Position numbers and translations under genes: made by a program
Shown here: piece after piece, positions 50,701 to 59,156 of the stretch
How the letters are laid out: each line of letters opens with the position of its first letter
Position numbering within the stretch: position 1 is the stretch's first letter
Notes under the pieces: model-generated
The model's input: only the letters and a program-made list of their open reading frames with translations
What the model was told of the DNA's origin: nothing
Database searches by the model: none
Assembly: GCA_963662285.2 (NCBI GenBank)
Contig: CAXXMV010000008.1
Coordinates: 640,001-704,000 of the forward strand
From: a bacterium
Lineage (GTDB): Bacteria > Hinthialibacterota > Hinthialibacteria > Hinthialibacterales > Hinthialibacteraceae
Direction of reading: 5' to 3'
Length of the DNA: 64,000 bases

Positions 50701-51905
50701 CTCTCGCCGATTGTCTCATTGTCACTTTTAACGATATCACCAAGCGAAAGCAAATAGAAAAAAAACTCGTCGAATCGCAAAAGATAGAATCGATCGGACA
50801 TCTTGCTGGCGGAGTGGCCCATGAATTCAATAACTTAGTGATGGGTGTCAATGGATTCTGTTCGCTTGCATTGGAGCAACTGAGTTCCAGCAATCCGGTA
50901 TACCAGGATATTGAGGAGATCAAGAAATCTGGAGATCGAATGGCTGGTATTACCCGTCAGTTATTGGCCTTCGGACGCAAGCAGATGATGCGGTTGGAGG
51001 TATCGAATCTGAATACGATATGTTCCAATATCATAAAAATGATTAGAAGCCTGATTGGAGAGAATATACGTATAATTACAAAATTTGATCCGAATCTATG
51101 GTTTGTTAAAGTCGATGAAATGCAGATCCATCAGGTACTCATGAATTTAGCCATCAACGCCCGCGACGCCATGCCCAATGGAGGCATATTGACCTTGGAG
51201 ACAGGCAACAAAGATGTAGGAGAGAACCACCATGAGATTGTCGATGTCCCGGCCGGGCAGTATGTACGACTCAAAGTGAGCGATACAGGATGCGGGATGA
51301 ATGAAGAAATTCAAGCACAGATTTTCGAACCGTTTTTCACCACGAAGGACGTTGGAAATGGAACGGGTTTGGGACTGTCAACCGTGCATGGCATCATCGC
51401 GCAGTGCAAGGGGTATATCAATGTTGCGAGTCAACCGGGGAAAGGAACGACATTCTATATCCTTCTTCCACGCGTGACAGAAACTGTGTCTCAATCAAAA
51501 TCGTTGAAAACCGATAAAGATATCTCTAGGGGAACCGAAACGATTCTTCTGGTCGAAGACAATAAGATCGTTCTGGAAATTACAAGCAGGATTTTTCGTA
51601 GTATGGGTTATACAGTATTGGAAGCAAGAAATGGATTGGAGGCTCTCCAGTTGGCGAAGCGCTATGAAGAGCCTATCCATATCCTGTTGACGGATATTGT
51701 AATGCCCTCCATGGGTGGTTTCGAGTTAGCGCAAAAATTACAGCCGCTGCATCCGGAAATGAAAATAACATACATGTCCGGTTATCCAAAGGAAAAGTTT
51801 GTAGATGACAATATAATATTGGATCCAGACATCAATTATATTGAAAAACCAATTTCACCGGATATATTGGCGCAACGGATTCGCGCCATATTGGATACCC
51901 CTTAA
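47748..51905 (+). CDS. Hybrid histidine kinase with multiple PAS domains, GAF, HisKA, HATPase and receiver
   Basis: Repeated DITERK PAS ends, LAGGVAHEFNN H-box, NARDAMP, EPFFTTK, GTGLGLS and an ILLVED receiver. Confidence 0.95.
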   Translation: MIDMEKKNNDSTRFHELRKRAEALLKISDEDLPKMSPDEIQNLVHSFRTYQIEMELQNEELRCAEEELLASREKYSNLYDFAPVGYITVSDKGMILESNLTFANMLGVERSRLINQPLSAYITDEDQDVYYHCRRKSLETKEQQTCELRIKLKENLSVWVRIDFKVIKSPEGGANQFYMMISNIAELKKNQNELTQSIKDVTLQKTEISALLESAQAALECQTFEEAAREIFDACRKATGAVSGCVALLSEDGSENEILFLEEGGLPYYVDTELPMPIRGLREEAYHKKIAVYENDFWNNQWMEYMPEGHVPLENVLFAPLIHNDRAIGLIGIANKPGGFTDNDAILAMAFAQQAAIALRSFRMIDEIIERDRILNQTGKMARIGGWEHDLKKGKGIWTEALYDIIEIEPKTEPPGPQEHLNYYPPEHRKTLEEAYQRSVEDGTPFDLELQVYTEKKNLIWCRVYGEPVFHRGECVSMRGTLQDITDHKQASIALEESEQRYRELFNHMSDGVAVYQAIENAEDFIFKNINESGAKIGKIKSDEVIGCRVTNVFPGIKDMGLFEVFHQVYRSGKPMHYPVSLYKDNRVSHWVENYVYKLSSGEIVAIYKDVTNRKQAEENLQSQTAFLESLLSSIPSPIFYKDNEGRYLGCNPAFEEISGEKLPNIIGKKVFDIWKKEYSGIYYDKDIELIQHPGVQQYESKFESPDGIVRDVIFHKSTFFDQRDEVAGIIGVMTDITERKKAEEALRESERMYRSAIEVAGAVPYYQNYNENIYEYIGSGIEQMTGYSPEEFTCEIWISIEKQICLLGDLQGLSTEEAVDKARQEEGVSWKADYLIKTRAGEERWLSNAAIQIRDEHGVAIGSLGILQDITERKQTEEALRKSEEKLRAVLDASPFPVSIVDLEDNNIIYWSRSAYKLFGHTAPTASEWYQIAYPDIDYRNQVIERWKPFVATALQTRKAVNAGEYRVTCSDSSERICELHISSLADCLIVTFNDITKRKQIEKKLVESQKIESIGHLAGGVAHEFNNLVMGVNGFCSLALEQLSSSNPVYQDIEEIKKSGDRMAGITRQLLAFGRKQMMRLEVSNLNTICSNIIKMIRSLIGENIRIITKFDPNLWFVKVDEMQIHQVLMNLAINARDAMPNGGILTLETGNKDVGENHHEIVDVPAGQYVRLKVSDTGCGMNEEIQAQIFEPFFTTKDVGNGTGLGLSTVHGIIAQCKGYINVASQPGKGTTFYILLPRVTETVSQSKSLKTDKDISRGTETILLVEDNKIVLEITSRIFRSMGYTVLEARNGLEALQLAKRYEEPIHILLTDIVMPSMGGFELAQKLQPLHPEMKITYMSGYPKEKFVDDNIILDPDINYIEKPISPDILAQRIRAILDTP

Positions 51906-52027
51906 GGAAATACGTTCTTGCGTTTGATGCTAAAGAAGATTTTTCCACGTAAACAACAAGACGTGAAGATAATACGAACTTTCGCAGGTTACATATCTCA
52001 TTCGATATTGAGAGAGCGAGAATATAA

Positions 52028-52768
52028 ATGAGTGATTCTGCCGACATTAAAAATAGCAATAATGCGTTTATCGAAGAAAGCGCAAGGATTCAGAAAACGA
52101 TTCAACAGTTGACATCGGGGTTCGCCCATGAAATCCGAAATCCATTAAACGCCATTCTGGCCATCGTCGAAGCGTTGTATCAGGATTTAAATCAATATGC
52201 GGATTACATAGAATATTTCGATCAACTCAACATTCAAACCATGAAGATTTCAAGTTTAATACAGGACCTTGTGGAAATTGGGAATCCCTATCAACCAGCG
52301 TCATTAAATCTCGATTCTCTTTCGAGATTGTGTGAATCCGCGATGAAATCGTGGATGCGATCGACCCGATATCAAAAACATGCCGTGAAGTTGATTCCGT
52401 CGTTCGAACTGAGTAACGCGACATTAAAGATCGATGTCGCCAAAATACAAAAAGTGTTTTTTGCGATCCTGGAAAACGCCGCCCAGCACTCGCCTGAAGA
52501 CAGCGAAATCCTTATCCAAATCTCCGAACCAAATGAAAAATCGTTGCGAATCAATGTAATCGACCATGGTAACGGCATCCCCGCCGAAATAATGCCTTTG
52601 GTTTTTGATTTTTTCTTTACAACCCTCAGTCATGGCCGGGGACTCGGTTTATGTTTTGTGAGGCAAGCGATGGAATCCCACAACGGCTCTGTTGTGATTC
52701 GGAACAACGATCCGCCTCCCGGATGCACTGTTGAACTGTACTTTCCTGTAGAGGAGGATGGAACATGA
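52028..52768 (+). CDS. Histidine kinase core with no sensor domain
   Basis: FAHEIRNPL about 30 aa from the start; ILENAAQH, DHGNGI and GRGLGL boxes. An in-frame stop lies directly before the ATG. Confidence 0.85.
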   Translation: MSDSADIKNSNNAFIEESARIQKTIQQLTSGFAHEIRNPLNAILAIVEALYQDLNQYADYIEYFDQLNIQTMKISSLIQDLVEIGNPYQPASLNLDSLSRLCESAMKSWMRSTRYQKHAVKLIPSFELSNATLKIDVAKIQKVFFAILENAAQHSPEDSEILIQISEPNEKSLRINVIDHGNGIPAEIMPLVFDFFFTTLSHGRGLGLCFVRQAMESHNGSVVIRNNDPPPGCTVELYFPVEEDGT

Positions 52769-54087
52769 GACACTGTATCCTTTTAGTTGATGATGATGAG
52801 GGCATACAATTTGGATTTTCTAAATATTTATCCCTCAAAGACTATTCAATTCATAAGAGTACCTGCCTTGCCCAGGCAAAGGAAATGATAAATACCCAAA
52901 AGTATGATGTTGTTATATTGGATAACCAACTACCGGACGGGAACGGAGTGGATTGGATCATAGAATTAAGAGAGAACTATCCGGATACCGCTATTATTGT
53001 GATCACTGCTTTTGGAAATATCCCCATGGCCGTGGACGCCATGCGTAGAGGAGCAGATCATTTTTTAACCAAGCCCGTCAGTATGCCTGACCTTGATTTG
53101 ATAATACAAAAAAGCCTTGAATTATACAACTTAAAGCGAAAGGCCGCCTTTTCCCAGCGTAGATTCAAAAAAGAGGCATTTTTCTGGGGGAAAAATTCTC
53201 TTCATAGAACAGTTAAAGAAATGGCGCTGAAAGCAGCTAACACGGATTCCTCTATTTTAATTACAGGTCGAACCGGTACGGGGAAACGTCTGTTGGCGAA
53301 CTGGATTCACCAGCATAGTTTACGAAGATCGCAGAATTTCGTGGATGTGAATTGCGCCAGTTTGAAAGATGATCTTCTTTCGAGCGAACTCTTCGGTCAT
53401 ACCAAAGGAGCGTTCACGTCTGCCGTGTCGGATAAGAAAGGCTTGTTGGAGTTCGGTCAAGATGGAACATTGTTTTTAGATGAGATCAACGAGATGGATA
53501 TCAAAGTACAATCCCAGATTCTTAAAGTTTTGGAAGAGAAAGTATATCGAAGAATGGGAGATACGAAGATTCGGCATTGCGACATACGATGGATCTGCGC
53601 GTCAAACCGGGATTTACAGAAAGAAATCCATGACAGAAGATTTCGTGAAGATCTGTATTACAGGATCAATGTATTCCCCATTCATCTGCCTCCTTTGAGA
53701 GAGATGAAGGAAGATATACCCGATTTGGTCTATCATATTCTTCATTGCTTGGGCGCTTCTAAGCAGGAACTCTCTCCGGTAATCATAAATATTTTGCAGT
53801 CTTACAATTGGCCGGGAAATATTCGCGAATTAAAAAATTTGTTAGAACGGGCATTGATCCTTGCCAATGGAAATCCCCTTGAACCAATCCATTTCCCCGG
53901 CCTGGGACATCAAATGCCTAACGAAGAAAATACGAAGGCGAATGATAACCTGGTAACTCAGGAAGCATCTCATATTCGGGCTGTGCTGGAGCAATATAAC
54001 CAAGATAAGGAACAAACCTGCCATGCGTTAGGCATATCCCTCTCTACATTATATCGAAAGTTGAAAACTCATGGGATAAAACTATGA
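52765..54087 (+). CDS. Sigma54-dependent response regulator (NtrC/AtoC-type enhancer-binding protein)
   Basis: Receiver domain, GRTGTGK Walker A, SELFGHTKGAFTSA, LFLDEI, FREDLYYRI, WPGNIREL and a C-terminal Fis-type HTH. Confidence 0.93.
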   Translation: MRHCILLVDDDEGIQFGFSKYLSLKDYSIHKSTCLAQAKEMINTQKYDVVILDNQLPDGNGVDWIIELRENYPDTAIIVITAFGNIPMAVDAMRRGADHFLTKPVSMPDLDLIIQKSLELYNLKRKAAFSQRRFKKEAFFWGKNSLHRTVKEMALKAANTDSSILITGRTGTGKRLLANWIHQHSLRRSQNFVDVNCASLKDDLLSSELFGHTKGAFTSAVSDKKGLLEFGQDGTLFLDEINEMDIKVQSQILKVLEEKVYRRMGDTKIRHCDIRWICASNRDLQKEIHDRRFREDLYYRINVFPIHLPPLREMKEDIPDLVYHILHCLGASKQELSPVIINILQSYNWPGNIRELKNLLERALILANGNPLEPIHFPGLGHQMPNEENTKANDNLVTQEASHIRAVLEQYNQDKEQTCHALGISLSTLYRKLKTHGIKL

Positions 54088-54280
54088 ACAGAAACTAGTT
54101 TTTCTGCTTCAGTGATAGTGATCTCGGTCAAGGTGTGGCCCGTTTAATCTCCAATCAAGAGCGCTTTTTTCGAAAACTCAGTCTCAACGCACACTAACGT
54201 TCAAGAAAATTAGTGCAAAATCTTCGTTAAATTCTGCAAGCAAGATATAAATCATACTAATCCAATCAATTAACAACCTA

Positions 54281-54318
54281 TTCGCAGTTCTGCGAAAAAT
54301 CATTCGCAAGGTTGCGAA
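54281..54318. promoter_or_regulatory. Tandem palindromes, putative enhancer (UAS) for a sigma54 activator
   Basis: TTCGCAG-TT-CTGCGAA at 54281-54296 and TTCGCAA-GG-TTGCGAA at 54303-54318, a 22-bp period. Confidence 0.75.
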
Positions 54319-54390
54319 AATCCCGCCAAAGTCAAATTAATTTTATTTGTTATTCCTATGTTTGTCAGGGACATACAAGGTTCCTTGATC

Positions 54391-54406
54391 TGGTACAAAT
54401 ATTGTA
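54391..54406 (+). promoter_or_regulatory. Sigma54-like promoter of the chemosensory operon
   Basis: TGGTAC-AAATA-TTGTA has correct -24/-12 spacing, with GT in place of GC at -12. Confidence 0.55.
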
Positions 54407-54561
54407 TAAGTCATGGAAATAATAAAATGCAATTCTTCTCAACATCGAATAAATAATGATTCAATGATTGTTGATTACGGGTGTATTGCAGAAAAGAAAC
54501 AGTTCTATATGGGCAATTGTCATGCGATTCAAGACGGATGATTTATATCAGAAGGTGATTC

Positions 54562-55083
54562 ATGGATAACGGTCAATTATCTGAAGCAATTATGCCAAAC
54601 CGGGAAGAAGTAAAGCCTTCCAACAAAACATTCCTATTGGTTGTCTTTACATTGGATGAGTATGGATTTGCCCTGTCTCTAACAGCAGTGGATCGAGTTA
54701 TCCCCGCCATCGCTGTGCGGCCTTTATCAGATGCGCCAGCATTTGTTCTTGGTGTGATCAACCTTCAAGGCCATATCATGCCGGTCATTGATCTTCGAAA
54801 AAGGTTCAACCTGCCCGGACGTGAACTGCTCATAACCGACCAGTTGATTATTGCGCGGACATCCAAGCAATCCATCGCCCTCGTAGTGGATGAGGTGATT
54901 GATGTTGTGGAACGATCCGAACGGGATGTTTTCAAACCTGACGAGATATTCCCTGGTATCGGGGATATCGAAGGCGTATTCAAACTCGGTGATGAGATGA
55001 TATTCATTCACGACCTGAACAAATGTCTCACGGTTGAAGAAGAGACCAGTCTCAATGAATCCACGGCCAAACAGGAAGGTTAA
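54562..55083 (+). CDS. cheW: CheW adaptor (WspB-like position)
   Basis: VLGVINLQGHIMPVIDLRKRF and LVVDEV motifs. Confidence 0.92.
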   Translation: MDNGQLSEAIMPNREEVKPSNKTFLLVVFTLDEYGFALSLTAVDRVIPAIAVRPLSDAPAFVLGVINLQGHIMPVIDLRKRFNLPGRELLITDQLIIARTSKQSIALVVDEVIDVVERSERDVFKPDEIFPGIGDIEGVFKLGDEMIFIHDLNKCLTVEEETSLNESTAKQEG

Positions 55084-55086
55084 TTC

Positions 55087-56631
55087 ATGTCCTCTCCCAT
55101 TTCGGATTCCCGGCTTTCCCTTCTTAGTGAAATGATTTCCTCCCGGATGGGGATGAATTTCTCGAACGAACATTTGGTTGATCTCAAGCGTGGAATTGAA
55201 AATGCCTGCCAGGATTTCGGATTTAGTGAAGCTGGACCTTGTATTGAATGGTTGATATCGGCGCCATTATCCAACAACCACATTGAAATTCTGGCCGGAT
55301 ATCTGACAGTCGGAGAAACATATTTTTACCGGGAAGAGAAGTGTTTCGAGATTCTCTCAGAACAGATACTTCCTGGAATTATACGCGCCCGGCAAGGAAC
55401 GGACCGGCATCTTCGAATCTGGAGCGCTGGATGTTGCACAGGAGAGGAGGCTTATACCCTGGCCATTCTAGCCTACCGGTTATTACCGGATATATCAGAT
55501 TGGAATGTCACGATATTGGCCACTGATATTAATCCGGTTTTTCTCCAGAAAGCATCGTATGGGCAGTACGGTGAGTGGTCATTTCGCAATACCCCGCGTT
55601 GGTTCAAAGAGGGATATTTTAAAAAAACGGGGGAAAAGCAGTATGAATTAATCCCTCCAATTAAGAAGATGGTTACTTTTTCGCATCTCAACCTGATGGA
55701 TGACATATACCCATCGCTCTTGAACGAGACGAATGCCATGGATGTTATTTTTTGCCGGAACGTGCTTATGTATTTTGCGCCTACGTGCGCTTCACGAGTC
55801 ATTCAATGCCTTCACCGTTGTTTGGTGGACGGAGGAAGGTTGTTTGTTGGATCTTGTGAAACATTTCAAGAATTGTATACCCAATTTGTTTCCATTAACG
55901 TTCCCGGTCTGACCTATTACCAGAAGGATTCTCACTTGAGTATACCGATAGATTCGGTCAAACCGTCTTTTTTTGACGCCTATCGAATAACGGAAGTGGA
56001 GCGTACTGAAGTAAATTTTCCAGAATTTCCATTACTTGATACCTCCCTCATTCTTGAGGATGCACCCACCGAGCCGATTGAAGAACAATCAGCAGAAGAT
56101 AGCCATCGTACCTTATGGGAAGAATCGACCGTCTTGTACAAACTGGGAGATTACGAGAAATCAACAGAAAAAATGCTTGCTCTTTTGTCACGCGATTGTA
56201 ATGGAACTCAGGGAATTTCTAGAAGTGAAGTGATTACTCTTTTGTCACGTGCATTCGCCAATCAGGGAAAACTGGCGGAAGCGCAGGAATGGTGCAAAAA
56301 AGCGATTGATACAGACAAGATGAATCCAAGCCTTCATTATCTCAATGCGACCATTCAACGGGAGCAACAGAACGATGAAGAAGCGGTGAACTCGCTGCGC
56401 AGGGCATTGTATCTCGACCCCTATTTTTTATTGGCGTATTTTGCTTTGGGCAATCTCTTTCAACAACAGGGCAAGAAACAAGAATCAGTCAAACAGTATG
56501 AGAATGCATTGGAAATTTTACAGGGATTCCAGCCGGAGGAGATCGTCCCCGAATCAGAAGGAATTCCCGCAGAACGATTGGCGGAAATCATCCATTCACT
56601 CATAAGCATGGAGAAAATCAATGGTGGATAA
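55087..56631 (+). CDS. cheR: CheR methyltransferase with C-terminal TPR repeats (WspC-like)
   Basis: TVGETYFYRE, IWSAGCCTGEEAY and IFCRNVLMYF motifs, then TPR helices (LRRALYLDP). Confidence 0.93.
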   Translation: MSSPISDSRLSLLSEMISSRMGMNFSNEHLVDLKRGIENACQDFGFSEAGPCIEWLISAPLSNNHIEILAGYLTVGETYFYREEKCFEILSEQILPGIIRARQGTDRHLRIWSAGCCTGEEAYTLAILAYRLLPDISDWNVTILATDINPVFLQKASYGQYGEWSFRNTPRWFKEGYFKKTGEKQYELIPPIKKMVTFSHLNLMDDIYPSLLNETNAMDVIFCRNVLMYFAPTCASRVIQCLHRCLVDGGRLFVGSCETFQELYTQFVSINVPGLTYYQKDSHLSIPIDSVKPSFFDAYRITEVERTEVNFPEFPLLDTSLILEDAPTEPIEEQSAEDSHRTLWEESTVLYKLGDYEKSTEKMLALLSRDCNGTQGISRSEVITLLSRAFANQGKLAEAQEWCKKAIDTDKMNPSLHYLNATIQREQQNDEEAVNSLRRALYLDPYFLLAYFALGNLFQQQGKKQESVKQYENALEILQGFQPEEIVPESEGIPAERLAEIIHSLISMEKINGG

Positions 56632-57265
56632 AAATACTTGTTTACCCCCACAGTCATCAGAAAATGGGGCAGCGGGAAAATTGAAACAGTTTCGGGGCAG
56701 CGATCATTCGGCGGAAGAGCGGGATATTGTTTATAATCCCGCCGATAACCAGCGGATTCTCGACGCCAGAGCGAAAATACTGGCGGTTGAACCGCAAGAA
56801 ATCCAGATTGATGAACACAAAATAGAAGTTGTAGAATTCCTATTGGCGCATGAACGGTACGCTCTCCAGACGGAATTTATACGGGAAATTTATCCATTGA
56901 ACGATCTCACGCCATTGCCGGGAACGCCGTCGTTTGTGTTGGGCGTTATTAATGTGCGAGGGCGGATCGTCTCTATTGTCGATCTAAAGAAATTTTTCGA
57001 ATTGCCCGAAAAAGGTCTGACCGATCTAAACAAGATCATCATTATTCAATCAGACATCATGGAGTTTGGCATTTTGGCGGATGAGATAGTTGAGGTGCGA
57101 ACGATCCTGGTGAGTGAATTACAGACATCATTTATCACGTTGACTGAGATCCGGTCGGAGTATCTCAAGGGAGTGACCCAGGACCGGCTGGTAGTGCTCG
57201 ATGCGGAAAAAATATTGTCGGACAAGAAGATCGTTGTTAATGATGAAATCGATGAAATGAAATAA
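56621..57265 (+). CDS. cheW: CheW adaptor (WspD-like)
   Basis: TPLPGTPSFVLGVINVRGRIVSIVDL motif. Confidence 0.92.
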   Translation: MVDKNTCLPPQSSENGAAGKLKQFRGSDHSAEERDIVYNPADNQRILDARAKILAVEPQEIQIDEHKIEVVEFLLAHERYALQTEFIREIYPLNDLTPLPGTPSFVLGVINVRGRIVSIVDLKKFFELPEKGLTDLNKIIIIQSDIMEFGILADEIVEVRTILVSELQTSFITLTEIRSEYLKGVTQDRLVVLDAEKILSDKKIVVNDEIDEMK

Positions 57266-57396
57266 CACTTAGAGATGTTATGGAGGATCGGTTAGCGATC
57301 CGGAAATACACAGCGATTCATTCGGATGAGAAACTTGCCGCGCAGAAAGCAGCAACCAGTATTCATAAATGAAGAGAAAAAACAAAGGAGACCGTC

Positions 57397-59142
57397 ATGA
57401 AATTCCGGACACAATTATACGCAGGGTATATTATCGTTCTCATATTGATGTTAATTCTTATTGGCGTCATGTATCAAGCCACCAATACGCTTATTGATAG
57501 CCAGAAATGGGTTGCGCATACTCATGATGTTATCGCTAAGGGACGCTTAATTGAGAAATTGCTGGTTGATATGCAAACCGGAGAGCGTGGTTTTGTAATT
57601 GTAGGTAAAGAGGAATTTTTAGAACCTTATACGGCGGCGGTGAACGAATACACGGTTGTCATTACCGATCTCAAATCTCTTGTGTCTGATAACCTCGCCC
57701 AGGTTAAAAAGTTAGAAGAGATCAATGCGATTGTTATGCAGTGGCAAAATGAGATGCTTTTGCCGATAATCGCCTCCCGTAGAGAAATGAATAAAACAGA
57801 AGATTCAGCGAAAAACATCAGCGATATTTTGCAATCGGGAAAAGGAAAAACGATCATGGACTCGCTACGGAAACATCTCAGCGAGTTTGTCAATGTTGAA
57901 GAAGGTTTATTGACTACTCGAAACAATAAAGTGCAAACCTCGGTAACATGGAGTAACAATATCGTACTCTTTGGCACATTGATTTCCATTGTTTTCGGAC
58001 TTATGGCAATGTTTTTAGTAGCACGCAACGTTTATCGTACCGTTGGTGGAGAACCAGCCGTAATTGCGGGGATTATAGAAAAAGTCGCCCAAGGCAACCT
58101 GAATATTAAACTGGAAATGGACGGCACTACAGCAACAGGAATCATGAAATCGATAAGAAACATGATCCCCGTTATGCAAAAAATGGCAGAAGTCACAGGT
58201 GATATTGCTAGAGGTGATTTAACAGTAAAAGTAAATCCGCTTTCGGCGGAAGATGCTTTAGGTAATTCTTTAGTTCACATGCAAAAAAGTCTTCGCGAAC
58301 AGGTACAGGAATTGATTACAGGAATCAACGTGCTTTCCTCATCCGCCAGTGAAATCATGACATCAACGAGCCAATTAGCGACTAGTTCCACTGAGACCGC
58401 CGCTTCAGTTACCGAGACCACAACGACTGTCGAAGAAGCTAAACAAGCTGTTCAAATGTCAAATGAAAAATCCCAGGAAGTGTTCGAAGCCGCAAAGAAG
58501 GCGGCGCAAGTATCCCAAATCGGCAAGCAAGCCTCAGAAAATGCGATTGAAGGCATCAACCGTATACGGGGACAGATGGATTCGATTGCGGAAAGTATCG
58601 TGGGACTCAGTGAGCAGAGCCAGGCAATTGCTGAGATCACTTCGTCGGTCGAGGACTTGGCCAATCAATCCAATCTCTTGGCTGTGAACGCCTCGATTGA
58701 AGCGGCGAAGGCCGGTGATCAGGGCAAAGGTTTTGCCGTTGTGGCTCAGGAAGTAAAAAACCTGGCTGACCAATCAAAGCAGTCTACCGCTCAAGTCCGT
58801 ACAATCCTGAATGACGTCCAGAAAGCGATCGGCAAGGTCGTGATGGCCACCGAACAGGGGAGTAACGCGGTGAAGGAAGGGATTAATTTAGCTAAAGAAG
58901 CAGGAGATGCCATTCAAAAATTAGAGCAAACCGTAACAGGTACGGCGCAAGCATCGAGTCAAATCGCGGTATCGAGCCAGCAACAGTTGATCGGGATGGA
59001 TCAGATCGCTTCCGCGATGGAGAACATTAAACAGGCCACCAACCAAAACGTGTCTGGAACAAAACAAATGGAAGTTTCGGCGCAGAACCTACACGAGTTA
59101 GGACAAAAACTTAAAGATTTAGTGAAACGATACAAAGTTTAA
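57397..59142 (+). CDS. Methyl-accepting chemotaxis protein with CHASE3 sensor (WspA-like)
   Basis: WVAHTHDV...DMQTGERGF...EPY CHASE3 segment, HAMP domain, and [30 protein letters not shown]. Confidence 0.93.
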   Translation: MKFRTQLYAGYIIVLILMLILIGVMYQATNTLIDSQKWVAHTHDVIAKGRLIEKLLVDMQTGERGFVIVGKEEFLEPYTAAVNEYTVVITDLKSLVSDNLAQVKKLEEINAIVMQWQNEMLLPIIASRREMNKTEDSAKNISDILQSGKGKTIMDSLRKHLSEFVNVEEGLLTTRNNKVQTSVTWSNNIVLFGTLISIVFGLMAMFLVARNVYRTVGGEPAVIAGIIEKVAQGNLNIKLEMDGTTATGIMKSIRNMIPVMQKMAEVTGDIARGDLTVKVNPLSAEDALGNSLVHMQKSLREQVQELITGINVLSSSASEIMTSTSQLATSSTETAASVTETTTTVEEAKQAVQMSNEKSQEVFEAAKKAAQVSQIGKQASENAIEGINRIRGQMDSIAESIVGLSEQSQAIAEITSSVEDLANQSNLLAVNASIEAAKAGDQGKGFAVVAQEVKNLADQSKQSTAQVRTILNDVQKAIGKVVMATEQGSNAVKEGINLAKEAGDAIQKLEQTVTGTAQASSQIAVSSQQQLIGMDQIASAMENIKQATNQNVSGTKQMEVSAQNLHELGQKLKDLVKRYKV

Positions 59143-59156
59143 TAGGGGCCATTCTC

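Noticed and set aside
51981-51987. TTCGCAG half-site upstream of the sensorless kinase
   Set aside because: Only one half of the 54.3-kb palindrome is present, with no matching arm.
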